Shown: positions 40,360-54,130 of the stretch, piece after piece
Numbering within the stretch: position 1 is the stretch's first letter
Layout: every line of letters starts with the position of its first letter
Source of the DNA: Gnetum montanum
Lineage: Eukaryota; Plantae; Gnetophyta
NCBI GenBank assembly: GCA_015680685.1
Contig: MNCI01001880.1
Coordinates: 67,212-131,211, forward strand
Length of the DNA stretch: 64,000 nucleotides
Direction: 5' to 3'
The notes under the pieces: generated by a model
Told to the model about the DNA's origin: nothing
The model's input: the letters and a program-made list of their open reading frames with translations, nothing else
Databases searched by the model: none
Program-made: the position numbers and the translations under genes

Positions 40360-40912
40360 TGGAAGAGCTCACAACAATTTCCAAGGAGTTTAGCTGCGGT
40401 GGCATAACTGATAACGGAGCCGAGATACTTGGCCTTACGTATATCTTCCCAGTGAAAGCCAAAGCCTGTTGAAGCTCTTCCTTCAGTCTGGCGTTCTCCA
40501 TTCGCAAATGCTGCTCTTTAAAAGTTCGTTTAAGCCAGAACTGATTGGCCCCTGCAGTTTGTGTTGATCCGGCTTCTCATAGCTTCTCTCATGGCCAGAT
40601 TCTCAAGCTTGAGCTTCTCATTTTCTTACTTGAGATTGTATTATCGCCCCTTTCGTGCTGAGGCTTCATTTGGGTTCTTCGATTCTGAAACCAGAACTTG
40701 ATCTGATGCAGGGCCAGGCCCAATTGCTTGCTCAACATTTGCCGCTGCTTCTCGTTTAGATGTAGACACTCCTTGAAAAGTGCTTCCATTTCCTAAATTA
40801 CTGTGGTGTGTGACGATGGTAATGCTTCTTACGACTATGGCTGACTGTCGTCGTGATCGTCAGCGGATCCATAGCCGTCCATGTTGTCACTCCTAGACCT
40901 GCTCTCGTACAC
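40360..40912 (-). pseudogene. Intronless class IV HD-Zip (ANL2/HDG1/GL2-like) fragment: homeodomain plus zipper-loop-zipper, no START domain
   Basis: [77 protein letters not shown], with stops and frameshifts. Confidence 0.93.
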
Positions 40913-41925
40913 ATGAAGCTTTAAACCGTAACCTTTCAGAAACCTTCAATAAATGTGAATGAAACAGGCCAAAAACTCTTACTTTGACTAAACCACCTGT
41001 TGATGCGTAAATTTTGGACACGCGAACACCTGTGAAAAACTCGTTTTAGGAGACTATCGCCTAGGGCGCCTCCCGTATGGGTACGGAAACCCGGGAATAG
41101 TCTCAGCTGGAAAGGGCAATGTGACAAAAGATAATAATAATATTTTAAGCAAAATAAAATAAAAGCTTAAACTTGATATAATATTTAAATACTTCAATTT
41201 AATTTAATATTTGGAAGTTAAAATAGTTTGTGCAATTTCTAGAATAATAAATAATTGTCGTCCTGGGTATAGCAACAGGACGAGGATCTGCGTTTTGTAG
41301 CTGCGGGAAGAAGACTGTGAACTTCCGACGCCACGGGAATGCAATCTCTTGAGCCGCTGGAAATGCGAGTGCGTGCGCCACTGCAGGAGAAGGATGCACA
41401 GCGGCGGCAGTGGGAAGAACCAGCAGCGCAGTGAAGAAAACAGTGTCTGCGGAGGGGACAGCAGGGGCAGAGAGGTGGCAACGTTGCAGGAGAAGCCAGC
41501 GATGCGGCAGGGTGACGTAGCAGTGCGGGGATGCGGCAGTCAAAGGGTGTCAGCAGGGTGGCAGGAGTCAATGACGGCAGCGCAGCAAGCAGGCCACGCA
41601 GGTCAAACAGCACCGACAGGGTTGGCGTCGCTGCGGGCGCGGACGGCGTAGGAACAGAAGACGAGCGGATGGCTGCTCGTACGGCGGTNGTAGAATCATC
41701 ATCATTATCAACAACAACAACACCACGACCTTTAGAAAGTTTCCGAAATGGATTGGACGCTACAAGGACGTAGCGTTCGAAGCAGCGTCCCTTGAATATC
41801 GGAACTTCCTGAAAATACAGAAATGCCGGACCTGACAATGAATTTTATTCCCGAAACCTAAATTTTGCAGGGAAGCACATATTCTGAAAATGCTGTCCAA
41901 AGCGAATTAGTTCAGCATGACACCG

Positions 41926-42208
41926 AGCCTTATTGAAACTGACTGCACTCCCTGTTTTGAAACATGCCAAGTTTCTGCCAATACTGAGTTTTTTTGTTGG
42001 CTAAGTAACTCACAACTCATGAGCCGAGTCAGAATCTATATATTTTGAAATTTTGAAAGGGTTGAAAGGGTAAAAATTTAAATTTTAGTGAGGTCTTTTT
42101 ACTATTCTGCAAGTTTGCCAAGTTTGCCGAGTTTGCCGAGTAACTTGCCGAGTCTGAGATTATTTTGATGAAAATGAATCACTCGCACAGTCTGAGTTTC
42201 ATAATGCT
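41926..42208. mobile_element. Possible degenerate hAT-type MITE
   Basis: Imperfect terminal inverted repeats (AGCCTTATTGAAACTGACTG / CAGTCTGAGTTTCATAATGCT) and multiple GCCGAGT subterminal motifs. No convincing 8-bp TSD. Confidence 0.4.
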
Positions 42209-45200
42209 AACTACACTGTCCCAGCCCTCTTTGTGCTTTCCACGAAATTTACTGATACAATTTGTCTCACTATTTCTGCAATGTTAGACCCAAGCATGTT
42301 ATGTTCCGGCTGTAGTGTAGGGTTTTCTTTGAAATCAGAAGCTCTTGTAGACAATGGATACCTAATTCCATTGCATGTGTTTAGTAGAATTGTTAATAGC
42401 TTGAGCATTTTCAAATTTGAGTTCATTTCTTTGGAATGCCAAATTGACATGTAACACTTTGCCCTACCGCACTTTGCAGGTAGGGTAATGTTTAGGATCA
42501 CTACTAACACCACAACGCAAGCATGATAAACTAAAAATTAATGATGTATAGAAATATGTTATATTAAGGAAGGTCAAACTACACAAAAATTCATGCCAAA
42601 CCAAAAAGTAAACATACATTTTGATTTATAAAACTGCATGTCTCTACATAAATAAAAAGTCTGCACTACTCTTTTAAGATACAAAAACACATAAACATCA
42701 TCATCATAGATATAAGAGTACAAAGAGTTTCATACAAATGTAAATAGTTTATAATACAAAAACACATAAACACCATCATCATATATATAAGAGTACAGAG
42801 AGTTTCATACAAATGTAAATAGTTCGTACTAATGCATATGAAAATATACATTACCAATCTCTAAAGATTTTTCCCTCTACTTTCTCTCTTAGTCCTCATC
42901 TGTGCTCTTGCATCCTCCACCTTTAACTAAATATAGTCAATAGAAAATTGAGTGGGAAGCCTTTACACTTCCCCTCCTAAATGGGCAACAAGTGTTGCAT
43001 TGGAGTAGAGGAGTGGGGTACAAGGCAACTTGCATTAATTGTTAGTCTTGCACATACTTAAATAAACAAATGTACACACACCATATCACACATAACATTG
43101 ACATAATCATTATCAAAGAGAATAGATGGCAATCATCCAATCATAGATAAAACCACTATCTGACATAATCTACCATAGACTTGTTATAACCCATCACATG
43201 AATTTCTACTATCATGCCCATGTCATCATACCTACTCCATATTGTTAAACAACCCATGACCCACATAATCATAATCTAGTCATAATATATATCACCACCA
43301 CCATGACTCATAAATCATTACTATTATCCACGTAGCCCATGTGGTCACTAGCATATCCACACTTAGTGTATCATGTGAAATGTTTCCATAAGTACTTATA
43401 GATAGCTATTTCTTGTAGGTCTTTTATTTATTCAATCGGTGTTAGGGTTTGTCAACTTGTAATCCACAACCACTAGTCTTCTAGGGGATTGGCTATAGGG
43501 ACGAACACACCTATGCCATATACCAACCGTAGGAACATACACACCTATGCTCTTCCACTCTTAGGATGAGGCCTAAGATAGGAGTCTTATTGATGCAACA
43601 CAACGGGACCAATCCACAACTACCTCCAAAGTGCCTCATCAGCAAACAATCCATACGTTAATGCTAGCACTAGCCGCAAATGATTGTTACAAGTGTCATT
43701 GCGAAGACATGTACAAGTCTAGGCTAGCTTAAGCCAACACATGTGACAAGCACAATATATCCAAATCAAACATAACATGACCACATATATCCACACCTAA
43801 CACTCACATTCATTCCATGAAACAATATTGCTATTTAACAAAACAAAATTTTGTGCCACAACCATATTTCTTGAACTATATGCAATTCCAAAAAAATGAC
43901 CACTATAATAACCCCCAAAATGATATATACCTAAAAAGAAAACCAATTCCATGATTAGAAAGTACTTCTCAAGATGATCCCAACAATACTAATTTCTCTT
44001 AAATTGGATTCATAAAAATAAAGTTATGCATGTTTAAGGTTTGATTACTAAAATAATAATTAATAATATTTAATTACAACTAGTGATGATTGAACTCCCA
44101 AAAACTCTCATGCCACAATAGACCCTTAAAAATAATATTCTAACCATGCTAGTCTTATCAACATCACATATTATATTCCACAAATCCACACCATACCATA
44201 CATTGCATATTTATTAATAAATAATTTGCAACCAAAATCGTAAAATTTTGGAAAATATGGAAAATGACATGTCCAAGTTTAATTTTTAACTATCTACCTC
44301 ACATAACCATATCACCTATTCATACACACTAATCTAACACAAAAATATATGGAAAAGATAAAGCCAATCTACCAATTAAAATTGCTATAGTAGAAAGTTT
44401 GAACCAAGCATAAAATCCTTAAAAATCTAGCAAGACTTTGTTTTACTTCAACCAAGTTTTGCATCTATGTAGATATGATCATCATAATTAAAAATCCAAG
44501 TTTAGAGGAAGAAAAAACCATCCACAAAGCTCAAAATTCTAGAAAAGAAAGGATGAAAATAGAAGAAAGAAGGAAAGAAAATTGATGAGAGTAGGTTACT
44601 CTAGCAGTTACTCTAGTAGTTATTCTAACTATTAGAGCAATTACTCTAGCAGTTTATTCTAATTATTAAAGCAGCTACTCTAGCAGTATATTCTAATTAT
44701 TAGAGAAGTTGCTCTAGTGGTTTATTCTAATTATTAGAGTAGTTACTCTAGCAGTTTATTCTAATTATTAGAGTAGTTGCTCTCAAGCCTATAAATACAG
44801 TGCCCAAGTGCATAATTGGAAAAGAAGTCTTTTAGTAGTCAAGCAGCGAAACTCTTGTAGTCTATTTAAAAGTTAGAGTATTTTCCAAGTGCCCATAGCA
44901 ATAGGTCTAAGTGTGGATGGATCTTTATTCAAGCATTGTGTACTTGAGCACACCTTGTGTACAGTAATAAAGACAACCTCTTTGATTCATCGTTGCAGCA
45001 CTTGAGATTTTTTTTTACGCATTCCTTTTATTTTATTTTCTTATGCATTTATTTTATTTTATGCACTTTACATGTATGTTATTAGTGTAGCAATTCATTT
45101 TAATCAATTAAGAAAATCATTAAATTACACTCAGTACGATCACCTCAAGCATGTGTGTAACACTTGGTAACCCAGTAATGATTAGCGTTTGGTAATCCCA

Positions 45201-45367
45201 GTAGTGTTGCATTGGTTCAGGATGTGTACAACAAGTGAGAACAGGTGTCACTGTTAGGATTAGTTTGAACTTATTTAATGAGTAGTTAAGATAAATTAGT
45301 CACTTAGTTATCTCTCTTCTCCCTTATTAGCATAGGACATAAAAACATAAAAGATATAAAAATGATA

Positions 45368-46230
45368 NNNNNNNNNNNNNNNNNNNNNNNNNNNNNNNNN
45401 NNNNNNNNNNNNNNNNNNNNNNNNNNNNNNNNNNNNNNNNNNNNNNNNNNNNNNNNNNNNNNNNNNNNNNNNNNNNNNNNNNNNNNNNNNNNNNNNNNNN
45501 NNNNNNNNNNNNNNNNNNNNNNNNNNNNNNNNNNNNNNNNNNNNNNNNNNNNNNNNNNNNNNNNNNNNNNNNNNNNNNNNNNNNNNNNNNNNNNNNNNNN
45601 NNNNNNNNNNNNNNNNNNNNNNNNNNNNNNNNNNNNNNNNNNNNNNNNNNNNNNNNNNNNNNNNNNNNNNNNNNNNNNNNNNNNNNNNNNNNNNNNNNNN
45701 NNNNNNNNNNNNNNNNNNNNNNNNNNNNNNNNNNNNNNNNNNNNNNNNNNNNNNNNNNNNNNNNNNNNNNNNNNNNNNNNNNNNNNNNNNNNNNNNNNNN
45801 NNNNNNNNNNNNNNNNNNNNNNNNNNNNNNNNNNNNNNNNNNNNNNNNNNNNNNNNNNNNNNNNNNNNNNNNNNNNNNNNNNNNNNNNNNNNNNNNNNNN
45901 NNNNNNNNNNNNNNNNNNNNNNNNNNNNNNNNNNNNNNNNNNNNNNNNNNNNNNNNNNNNNNNNNNNNNNNNNNNNNNNNNNNNNNNNNNNNNNNNNNNN
46001 NNNNNNNNNNNNNNNNNNNNNNNNNNNNNNNNNNNNNNNNNNNNNNNNNNNNNNNNNNNNNNNNNNNNNNNNNNNNNNNNNNNNNNNNNNNNNNNNNNNN
46101 NNNNNNNNNNNNNNNNNNNNNNNNNNNNNNNNNNNNNNNNNNNNNNNNNNNNNNNNNNNNNNNNNNNNNNNNNNNNNNNNNNNNNNNNNNNNNNNNNNNN
46201 NNNNNNNNNNNNNNNNNNNNNNNNNNNNNN
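45368..46230. other. Assembly gap (also 48529-48731 and single Ns at 37526, 41689 and 62930)
   Basis: Runs of N. Confidence 1.
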
Positions 46231-46231
46231 T

Positions 46232-49200
46232 GTTAGAATTCCAACAAGGCCCTAGAAAGATAGTAGGATCAAGAGATTAGATATGAACAATATCCCACGA
46301 TTTGAAGGGGGATACAACGCTGATCCTAAGAATCATTTACAAGCATTCCATGATGTGTGGGCCTTACAAAACATAGAGAACAAATTGAAAAAACTTAAGT
46401 TATTCCCATAGACACTAGTTAAAGAAGTGGAAAGCTGGTATTGGTCCTTAGAACTAGAATCTATTCATAGATGGAGTACTATGTTAAAATTATTCAATGA
46501 TAAGTACCAAATATACTCCCGAGTGTCCAACCTATGAAACCAAATCCAAGGCTAGAAACAAGGAGGAAATGAACCCTTGGATGCTGCCATGGGCCGATAC
46601 TATGCATTGTTACATCATTGTCATAGCTATGGTCATTCGCAATGGGATCAATTGTGCCATCTCGTGGATGGGCTTAGGCATGGAACAAGAAGAATCCTTG
46701 GGAATTATGCCCAATGGAAGCTATCTAAGCTTAGGTTCCATCAAATTCAAAGACTATTGGAGCAAGTTTCTAAGGAAGAAGATGAGCTATGGAAGAGAGA
46801 AAGTGTGGAAGAGTATAATCGAGATCCTTCCATTTGGAAGAGGAAAGTAAGATTCTATGAGGATGAAGAAGAGTTACCACTTGAAGAGATGGTGAATAGG
46901 AAAACTTTGCCTATCCAAAAGATGACATCAGAAGTTTCGACAAAGGTAGACCAAATGTGAGATTCCCTAGATAATAGATTTCAAACTATTCTTAAAATAG
47001 TAGAGGAGTCTAGAGAGCATGGTAGTAAGAAAAGAAAAAAGAAAGAGGTTGAACATGCATGTAGCAAGGATAATGGCAAAGTTGCCATCATTGAAGAGAT
47101 TTTGGATTTGGAAACAAACAATGATAGTGGATGTGAGATATGTCAATATAACCATCCTAAGGGATGTTGCCCTATAATCTCACATCTATAGGAGTCCTGG
47201 GTCTATGCTCTCAACCCACAATTAAGAAAAAGGCAAACACCCCGAAGGTTGCCTTATCCTCAAGGTAACCCAAGGTAGTTCCACCGACCCTTAACATATT
47301 ATCCCAGTGGAACTCCACCACAACTGATTGAGCAATATCAATAGTGGCAACACCCACAATCATGGGAAATGCCACCACCAAGGCAACAATATCATTACTG
47401 ACAACCTACCCTATATGGATATTACGTGCAGTAGCCAATCTTCCCACGTGACTCTACTGGACATGTCACTCGTCAACCTCACTACCAAGCTTGCGAGTAT
47501 TATGGAACTCCTTATTCTAGAGGCAATATTTCACAAGCATATCATCCTTCTCATCTAACTGCATATCTTCCACCAATAGCTCCACTACCACCTACTCCTG
47601 TGATGAAAGGTGAAATTCCTACCTAGCCGCAGCAACATAACACCACGAGGTTGTTAACTCTCAACCTACTATTGGTTCCAACAACCACATGAAGAAAAGA
47701 CCTTTCTTTAGAACCAACAATCCAACCAAGCCCTTGCAATCATAAGTGGCTGATTCCTTAGAAGTCTTATTATCAATCAAAACTTTGAAGCCCATTTCAA
47801 CCCAATCACTGCACTCAACACATACAGTCATGCTAACACATGTCGTCACCGATTGGATCAAAGCTAGTGATCTTCCTAGGAAATTATCTAATCCTAGGAG
47901 TCCTCTGATATACTTACAAATTGGTAAAAATGAACCATGCAAGGCTATTTTGGATTTAGATTCTAGTGTTAACTTGATTTCTTAAGAAATGTACAAGGTT
48001 TGGAACCTACCTCCATTGAAAAAGAGCAACATTCGTTTAGACTTTGGTGACCAATCCATCATTGTCCCATTGGCACTAGTGGAGGACATCATCACCACTA
48101 TTTGTGGGTGGTCATACCTTGCTAATTTCCTAGTGATTTAGGTGAACAATAGTAAGGGGGACTTCCCAATCATAATGGTAAGAGCATGGCTAAGCACCAT
48201 CGATGCATGTTTAGGAATATGTGATCTTTCCCTAGAAATATCAAAGGAATATACATTTGAAAAGATCAAGAAGAAGAAAGTTCCATGCATTGCATATAGT
48301 GACATAAGGTGTAATTACGTGTAGAGGTCATGGTTTGTGCAAAGTTTGGCATTGCCTATATGCAATCAGTATGCACGAGTAATTAACATACAAAGATGTC
48401 TATATGCAACAACCACATAACAAGAAGACACCCAGTGGCTGATAGCTGATCAAGAAAGCAGTTCACTCATATGCATGAAACCAACTGATGGTTTGACTTG
48501 TGCTTACATCGATAGCATAGACACATTANNNNNNNNNNNNNNNNNNNNNNNNNNNNNNNNNNNNNNNNNNNNNNNNNNNNNNNNNNNNNNNNNNNNNNNN
48601 NNNNNNNNNNNNNNNNNNNNNNNNNNNNNNNNNNNNNNNNNNNNNNNNNNNNNNNNNNNNNNNNNNNNNNNNNNNNNNNNNNNNNNNNNNNNNNNNNNNN
48701 NNNNNNNNNNNNNNNNNNNNNNNNNNNNNNNTGCCTAAAAAGGGAGGTAAATGGAGGGTGTGCATAGATTTTAGGCTACTAAATATGACAACATTCAAAG
48801 ATCATTTTCCATTTCCATTGGTTGACCAAATCTTAAACACCATCATAGGGCATCACTATTATAGTTTTGTAGATGGATATAGTGAATATAACCAAATACA
48901 AATAGCCCTAGAAGACCATGCCAAGACTACATTCACTAGTCCTTGGGGAATGTTCGCGTACAAATAGATGCAGAATTATGGAGTAGATAGAGAATGGCAT
49001 GGAGGTCTTTATGGATAAATTCTCCACTTATGGAGAAAACTTTGATCAAGCATTGGATCGGTTGGAGCATGTTTTAAAAAGATGTGTAGAAACCAATTTA
49101 AGGCTCAGCTGGAAGAAAATCCATTTGATGGTTCAAGAAGGAGTAGTACTAGGGCATAAAATCTCACACACAGGAATAGAGGTAGACCCCAAGAATATCA

Positions 49201-51140
49201 AAATTATCCAAGGAATTACCTGTCAACTAGAAACTGTCAAAGATATTCAGTCATTTCTTGGAAATATTGGCTACTATAGGAGATTTATTGAGAATTTTTC
49301 AAAGGTTGCCAAACCATTGGTGGAATTAATAAAAAAGGACATAACTTTTGAGTGGACTAGGGAATGCGAATTAGCTTTCCAAACTCTAAAATAGAAGTTA
49401 GTAGAAACACCCATTCTATAAGCTCCTGACTAGTGCAAACCATTCCATATCATGACTGATGTGTCCAACTATGCTTTAGGAGTTGTACTTACAAAGTTAG
49501 ATGACCAGAAACATCCTTATTACATCCACTATGTAAGTAGAAGTATCATTGGTCCAAAACTTAACTACACTGCCACAGAGAAAGAATTAATGGTTGTAGT
49601 ATTTGCATTAGAAAAGTTTAGATACTATGTATTGGGATATAAAGAATATATGCATATAGATCATAGTGCAATTTGATTCCTCATGAATAAGCCAATGGTA
49701 AGCCCTCGTATCATACGATGGCTTGTAATCTTACAAGAGTTCAATTTAACAATGATTGATCATAAGGGCATCGAGAATGCAGTTGTTGATGATTTATCTC
49801 AGTTGCAATGGGATAACAGAGAGGATGAGTATCCAATTTCTGATCATTTCCCTGATGAATTCCTCTTTGCTAGTGTAGTGAATAATCAATCACCCATGGA
49901 GACAAACTGATATAGTAGCATATTTACCTATCTCTTCACCCAAAAAACACCATAAGAGTTAAACCTTAAGAAGAAACAACAATTTCTTCATCGAGCCAAG
50001 TACTTTATGGAGATGAATGTGCAACTTTATAAAGTTTATCTTGATGGCTTGGTTCGATTGTGTGTGCTTGATATAGATCAACTGCGAGTTCTCCAAGACA
50101 CTTATGAAGGTCCTTGTGGGGGTCATTACACTGGGAGATGAACAACCATCAAGGTCCTGCTTGCAAGATATTATTGGCCTATATTATTTTGGGACACCCA
50201 TTGTTTCATCCAATCTTGTGAGTGTTGTCAATGTTATGGGGGAATGATTACTAGAATGGAGGGCCTACAACAATGGATTCAACTATTAGAACCTTTCGAT
50301 ATTTGGGGAATTGATTTTATGGGGTAAAGTACACTAATGTCCAATAGAAAAGCTTATATTATTATTGCTATTGATTACCTAACAAAATGGGAAAAAGAAA
50401 CTGATGTTAAGGATTGTACATCATCTATAGTTGCATATTTCTTTAACAACAAATCATAAATAGGTTTGGTGTGCCATGTGCACTTATTTTAGACAATGGT
50501 ACAGACTTCATAGGTGAAACTTTTTGAAAATTAATGCAATGCTTAGGGGTTGAGCATAAATTGACAACATCATACCACCCCCAAGCGAACGATCAAGCAA
50601 AAGTCACCAACAAGGAGATTGATAAGAACTGTTAGCAAGTTTAGGTGAGACTGGAGCACTAAACTGAAAAATGCTCTTTGGACATACCACTCCACATGGA
50701 AACTCCCTATAGGCTACTCTCCTTATGAGTTAGTGTATAGAAAAGTACTAACACTTCCCATTCAAATTGAGCCTCGTACACTATACATGGCATGTGACCT
50801 CAACCTTGACCTTGATCTAGCACAGAAACAATAGTTAGTAACCCTTAACTTACTAGATGAAAATCAACTAGCTACCCTATCATCTAACGAGCTACACAAG
50901 GTATTCAATAAAAAACATCATGACCTAAGGATTAGGAAAGTTAAATATCAACCAGGAGATAAGATTCTCTACTGGAATCCCACCCATGTGCCACAATGTA
51001 CTAAATTTTAAACATTTTGGGAAGGACCTTATATTATTTATGCAACTTTCCCTTCAGGGGCCATGACAATATACAAACTTGAGATCCTAGACAAGAAACT
51101 ATTGGTTAATGTACAACAAACCAAACCTTTCCATGAGCTT
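46232..51140 (+). pseudogene. Athila-like gag-pol (decayed)
   Basis: IPRFEGGYNADPKNHL gag, ILDLDSSVNLI protease, WRVCIDFRLLN..KDHFPFP..DGYSEYNQI RT (the MPFGL..FQR segment is deleted near 48970), TDVSNYALG/NYTATEKEL RNase H, and FDIWGIDFMG/YHPQANDQ integrase. Confidence 0.92.
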
Positions 51141-53174
51141 AGGATAGCGAGTACACATGCTAGCTCTATTGATAGACAACCTTGCTCACTATTTTAGATC
51201 TCCTCATTCCAACTTAGTCATGGGGGAGATGGCCACCTATGCTAACCGTTCTAGACCTTTAGTGCTTTTTGAATTTTTTTTTACACATTTTTTCTTTTAC
51301 ATATTCTTATGACTTTTTTTTTTTTACACCATCATTCATGTTTCTACTATTTCTTTGTTTGCTAGGTTTACTTTTACTCGTCGCCCAATAAGTGCTCATG
51401 ATGGTGGATTGAATTATATCATATTGATTGCTAATGCTTGGTTTTTGCCTTTGAATTATGATGCTGATATTAAGGTATGGTTCGTTTGTTAAAACAGGTA
51501 ATGAGTCCACACCGTCCACTTATCCATACAACTCTATGGTCACCTTTGGCTTGGAACTGTACAATCCCTTTTTTCTAAGTAGCCTTATTAATGAATTGGT
51601 GGTTGGGTACTTTTCAAACCAAGGAAAGACTCAAAGGATGAGAAGGGTATGACTTTAAGTTGATTCGATGCATTTGTAATGGCCATTCTCTTGGGTTCTT
51701 GGATGCTTTTTCTTAGGTTTTCTTCCATTCTAACAATGTTCACAAATTAGTAAGCTGAGTGAATAAAAATAAGTCTTTGCATGTTGTGGTTCTTAGGCAG
51801 AAAAAAAAGAGAAGGAAGAAAAAAAGGAGAAAAAAAGAAAAAAAAAGTGAAAATTCAAAACACACCCGTTAGACATAATAAAGCAATATGGGCTACAAGC
51901 ATTGGTTATGGAACTAGAAAGACATGTTACCCATGCTAGAAGGTTCCCTCTAACTAAGGCCCTTTCTCACTTCCTACTTCTCCAGCTCGCTGTCCTCGGA
52001 ATGGTGGTGAATCTTTGTGAAATCATTCTTGTTGCTTCAAGTGGATGGATTGGTCAAGTGTGTTGATGTAAGGTGACTGGATGTGGTTTTTTTGAGTCTA
52101 GATTTGGGATGAGTTCTACTCAGTTACATTAACCATGAAATAAACAAGGGACTTTACACAAACTTGTTCTTGGGATTCCATTCGATTCTCTCCTCTCCAT
52201 CTTTCTTCCCATTTTTCCACCTCATTGCTGATTTTATCATTAGTCTATTTCTAGGTTGATGCATTGTTTTTATTTGGTGAATTCTTGTGGGTAAGTTTTT
52301 AACTCTTGCTTCCAAATGACATTCCTAGAGCCTATGGACTCTTTGGTTTGTGGGTTTTTCAAGGCATAAAAGGCATGAGACTGCTTTGGGGACGACCCAC
52401 TGGCATTCCTTTTTGATGCAATTATTAAGTTCTTTTTCTTAAAAATTTTCTATAATCAATAATCTCTTATTTCATCCTCATCCATGACATCCATTTTATT
52501 GGTGTTTCCATTGATATTTTTCATCTTTCTTGTTCCTCATGTTTTTCCATCTTATAGGTATCAAAGGTTTTCTCTTAGTCGTGGGGGCCCTGGCATAAAT
52601 TTTTCAATTTTCTCTATTTTACTATTTGCCTAACCTCTACACCTTGGGTAGTCACGAATGATAAATCTACAAACCAATTTCTACCATAACCACAACTCAG
52701 CTAGTGTGTTTCATATTGAGGTAAGGTACCAATTGCATTGTGGTTTATCTATCCTTGCTCATTTGTGACTATGTTATGTGTGTATATGGTGATTATACAA
52801 ACAATGGACTAGGCTTGGAGGAAACACCTAGGATGGACTGGAACAAGAGCATTTACAAAAGGAGCAAGTCTAGTGGTATGGCTGTGGATAAACAATGGAA
52901 GGCACAATCTTAGCATTGGCAGAAACATGCTTCATTTTCTTCCTCTCTCTTTCTATAAAAGCTGCCAAATAAAGGCTTGGATGTCATTTATGTACGAGTG
53001 TTCACCACAATGGTCATGAACACTAATGTTGTAATATGCTTATTGATCCGTTCACTGGACATGTTGAGTCTGTCATCCCATTCCATGATCAATTGTCAAT
53101 TAGTCAATAATCCCATACCTTTCCAATATTTTGTATGGAACTTGAGGATGAGTTTTCATTTAGTCATGAGGGTA

Positions 53175-54130
53175 TGATCAGAGCAGGTTACTCTAACAGT
53201 TACTATAGTATTTATTCTAACTATTAGAGTAGTTACTCTAGCGGTTTATTCTAATTATTAGAGTAGTTACTTTAGTGGTTTATTCTAATTATTAGAGCAG
53301 TTACTCTAGTGTTTTATTCTAATTATTAGAGTGGTTACTCTAATTATTAGAGTAGTTTCTCCCAAGCCTATAAATACAGTTCCCAAGCACATAATTGAAA
53401 AAGAAGTTTTTTAGCAGTCAAGTAGCAAAACTCTTATAGTTTTTTTGAAAGTTATAGTATTTTCCAAGTGCCCATAGTAGGAGGTCTAAGTGTGGATGGA
53501 TCTTTATTTGAGTATTGTGTACATGAGCACACCTTATGTAGGACAATAAAGACGAGCTCTTTGATTCATCTTTGTAGCACTTGAGATTTGTTTTCTTACA
53601 CATTTCTTTTATTTTATTTTCTTATGCATTTATTTTATTTTATGCACTTTACATTTACGTTATTAGTGTAGAAATTGATTTTGATCAGTTAAGAAAATCG
53701 TTAAATTACACTCAGTACGATCACCTCGAGCATGCGTGTAACACTTGGTAACCTAGTAATGATTAGCATTTGGTAATCCCAGTAGTGTTGCACTGGTTCA
53801 AGATGTGTATAACAAGTGAGAACAGATGCCAGTGTTAGGATTAGTTTGAACTTAGTTAATGAGTAGTTAAGATAAATTTGTCACTTAGTTATTTCGCTTC
53901 TCCCTTATTAGCATAGGACATAAAAACATAAAAGATATAAAAATCATATGCCTCAAGCTTACTTAATCATACAATCATGACATATAGGTAAGCTTGGGAA
54001 GACAATGATCAACTAACCCATCCTTGTTCCACAAGGGTGCATAAGCACTTAGTCCTTGGAATTCCACTGGATCATGCATGAAATGCTTGTATTCATATGG
54101 TTGAGTGTATGGGTACCTTTTTGCTCATCA
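53175..54130 (+). repeat. 3' LTR of the Athila-like element, with a 34-bp palindromic tandem array upstream of its TATA box
   Basis: Collinear with 44583-45367. Units AGTTACTCTAGCAGTTTATTCTAATTATTAGAG, followed by CCTATAAATAC. Confidence 0.93.

Larger units (their letters stand above)
44583..54130 (+). mobile_element. Athila-like Ty3/gypsy LTR retrotransposon, full length, with two assembly gaps
   Basis: Termini TGATGAG...CTCATCA. Perfect TSD AAAAT (44578-44582 and 54131-54135). LTRs at 44583-45367 (runs into the gap) and 53175-54130. Long non-coding 3' region. Confidence 0.93.

Noticed and set aside
40283-40789. Functional homeobox gene or microProtein
   Set aside because: There is a stop and frameshift in helix 1, conserved residues are changed (PHPD to LHLN), and the zipper is frameshifted.
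41239-41838. 199-aa minus-strand ORF and overlapping plus-strand ORFs as real CDS
   Set aside because: It spans an N join at 41689, is GC-rich and low-complexity with several frames open, and has no recognisable domain.
45362-46255. 297-aa ORF (and ORFs at 48475-48798)
   Set aside because: Artefacts of N gaps.
51200-53170. env-like ORF in the Athila 3' region
   Set aside because: No sustained reading frame or transmembrane-type ORF could be traced.
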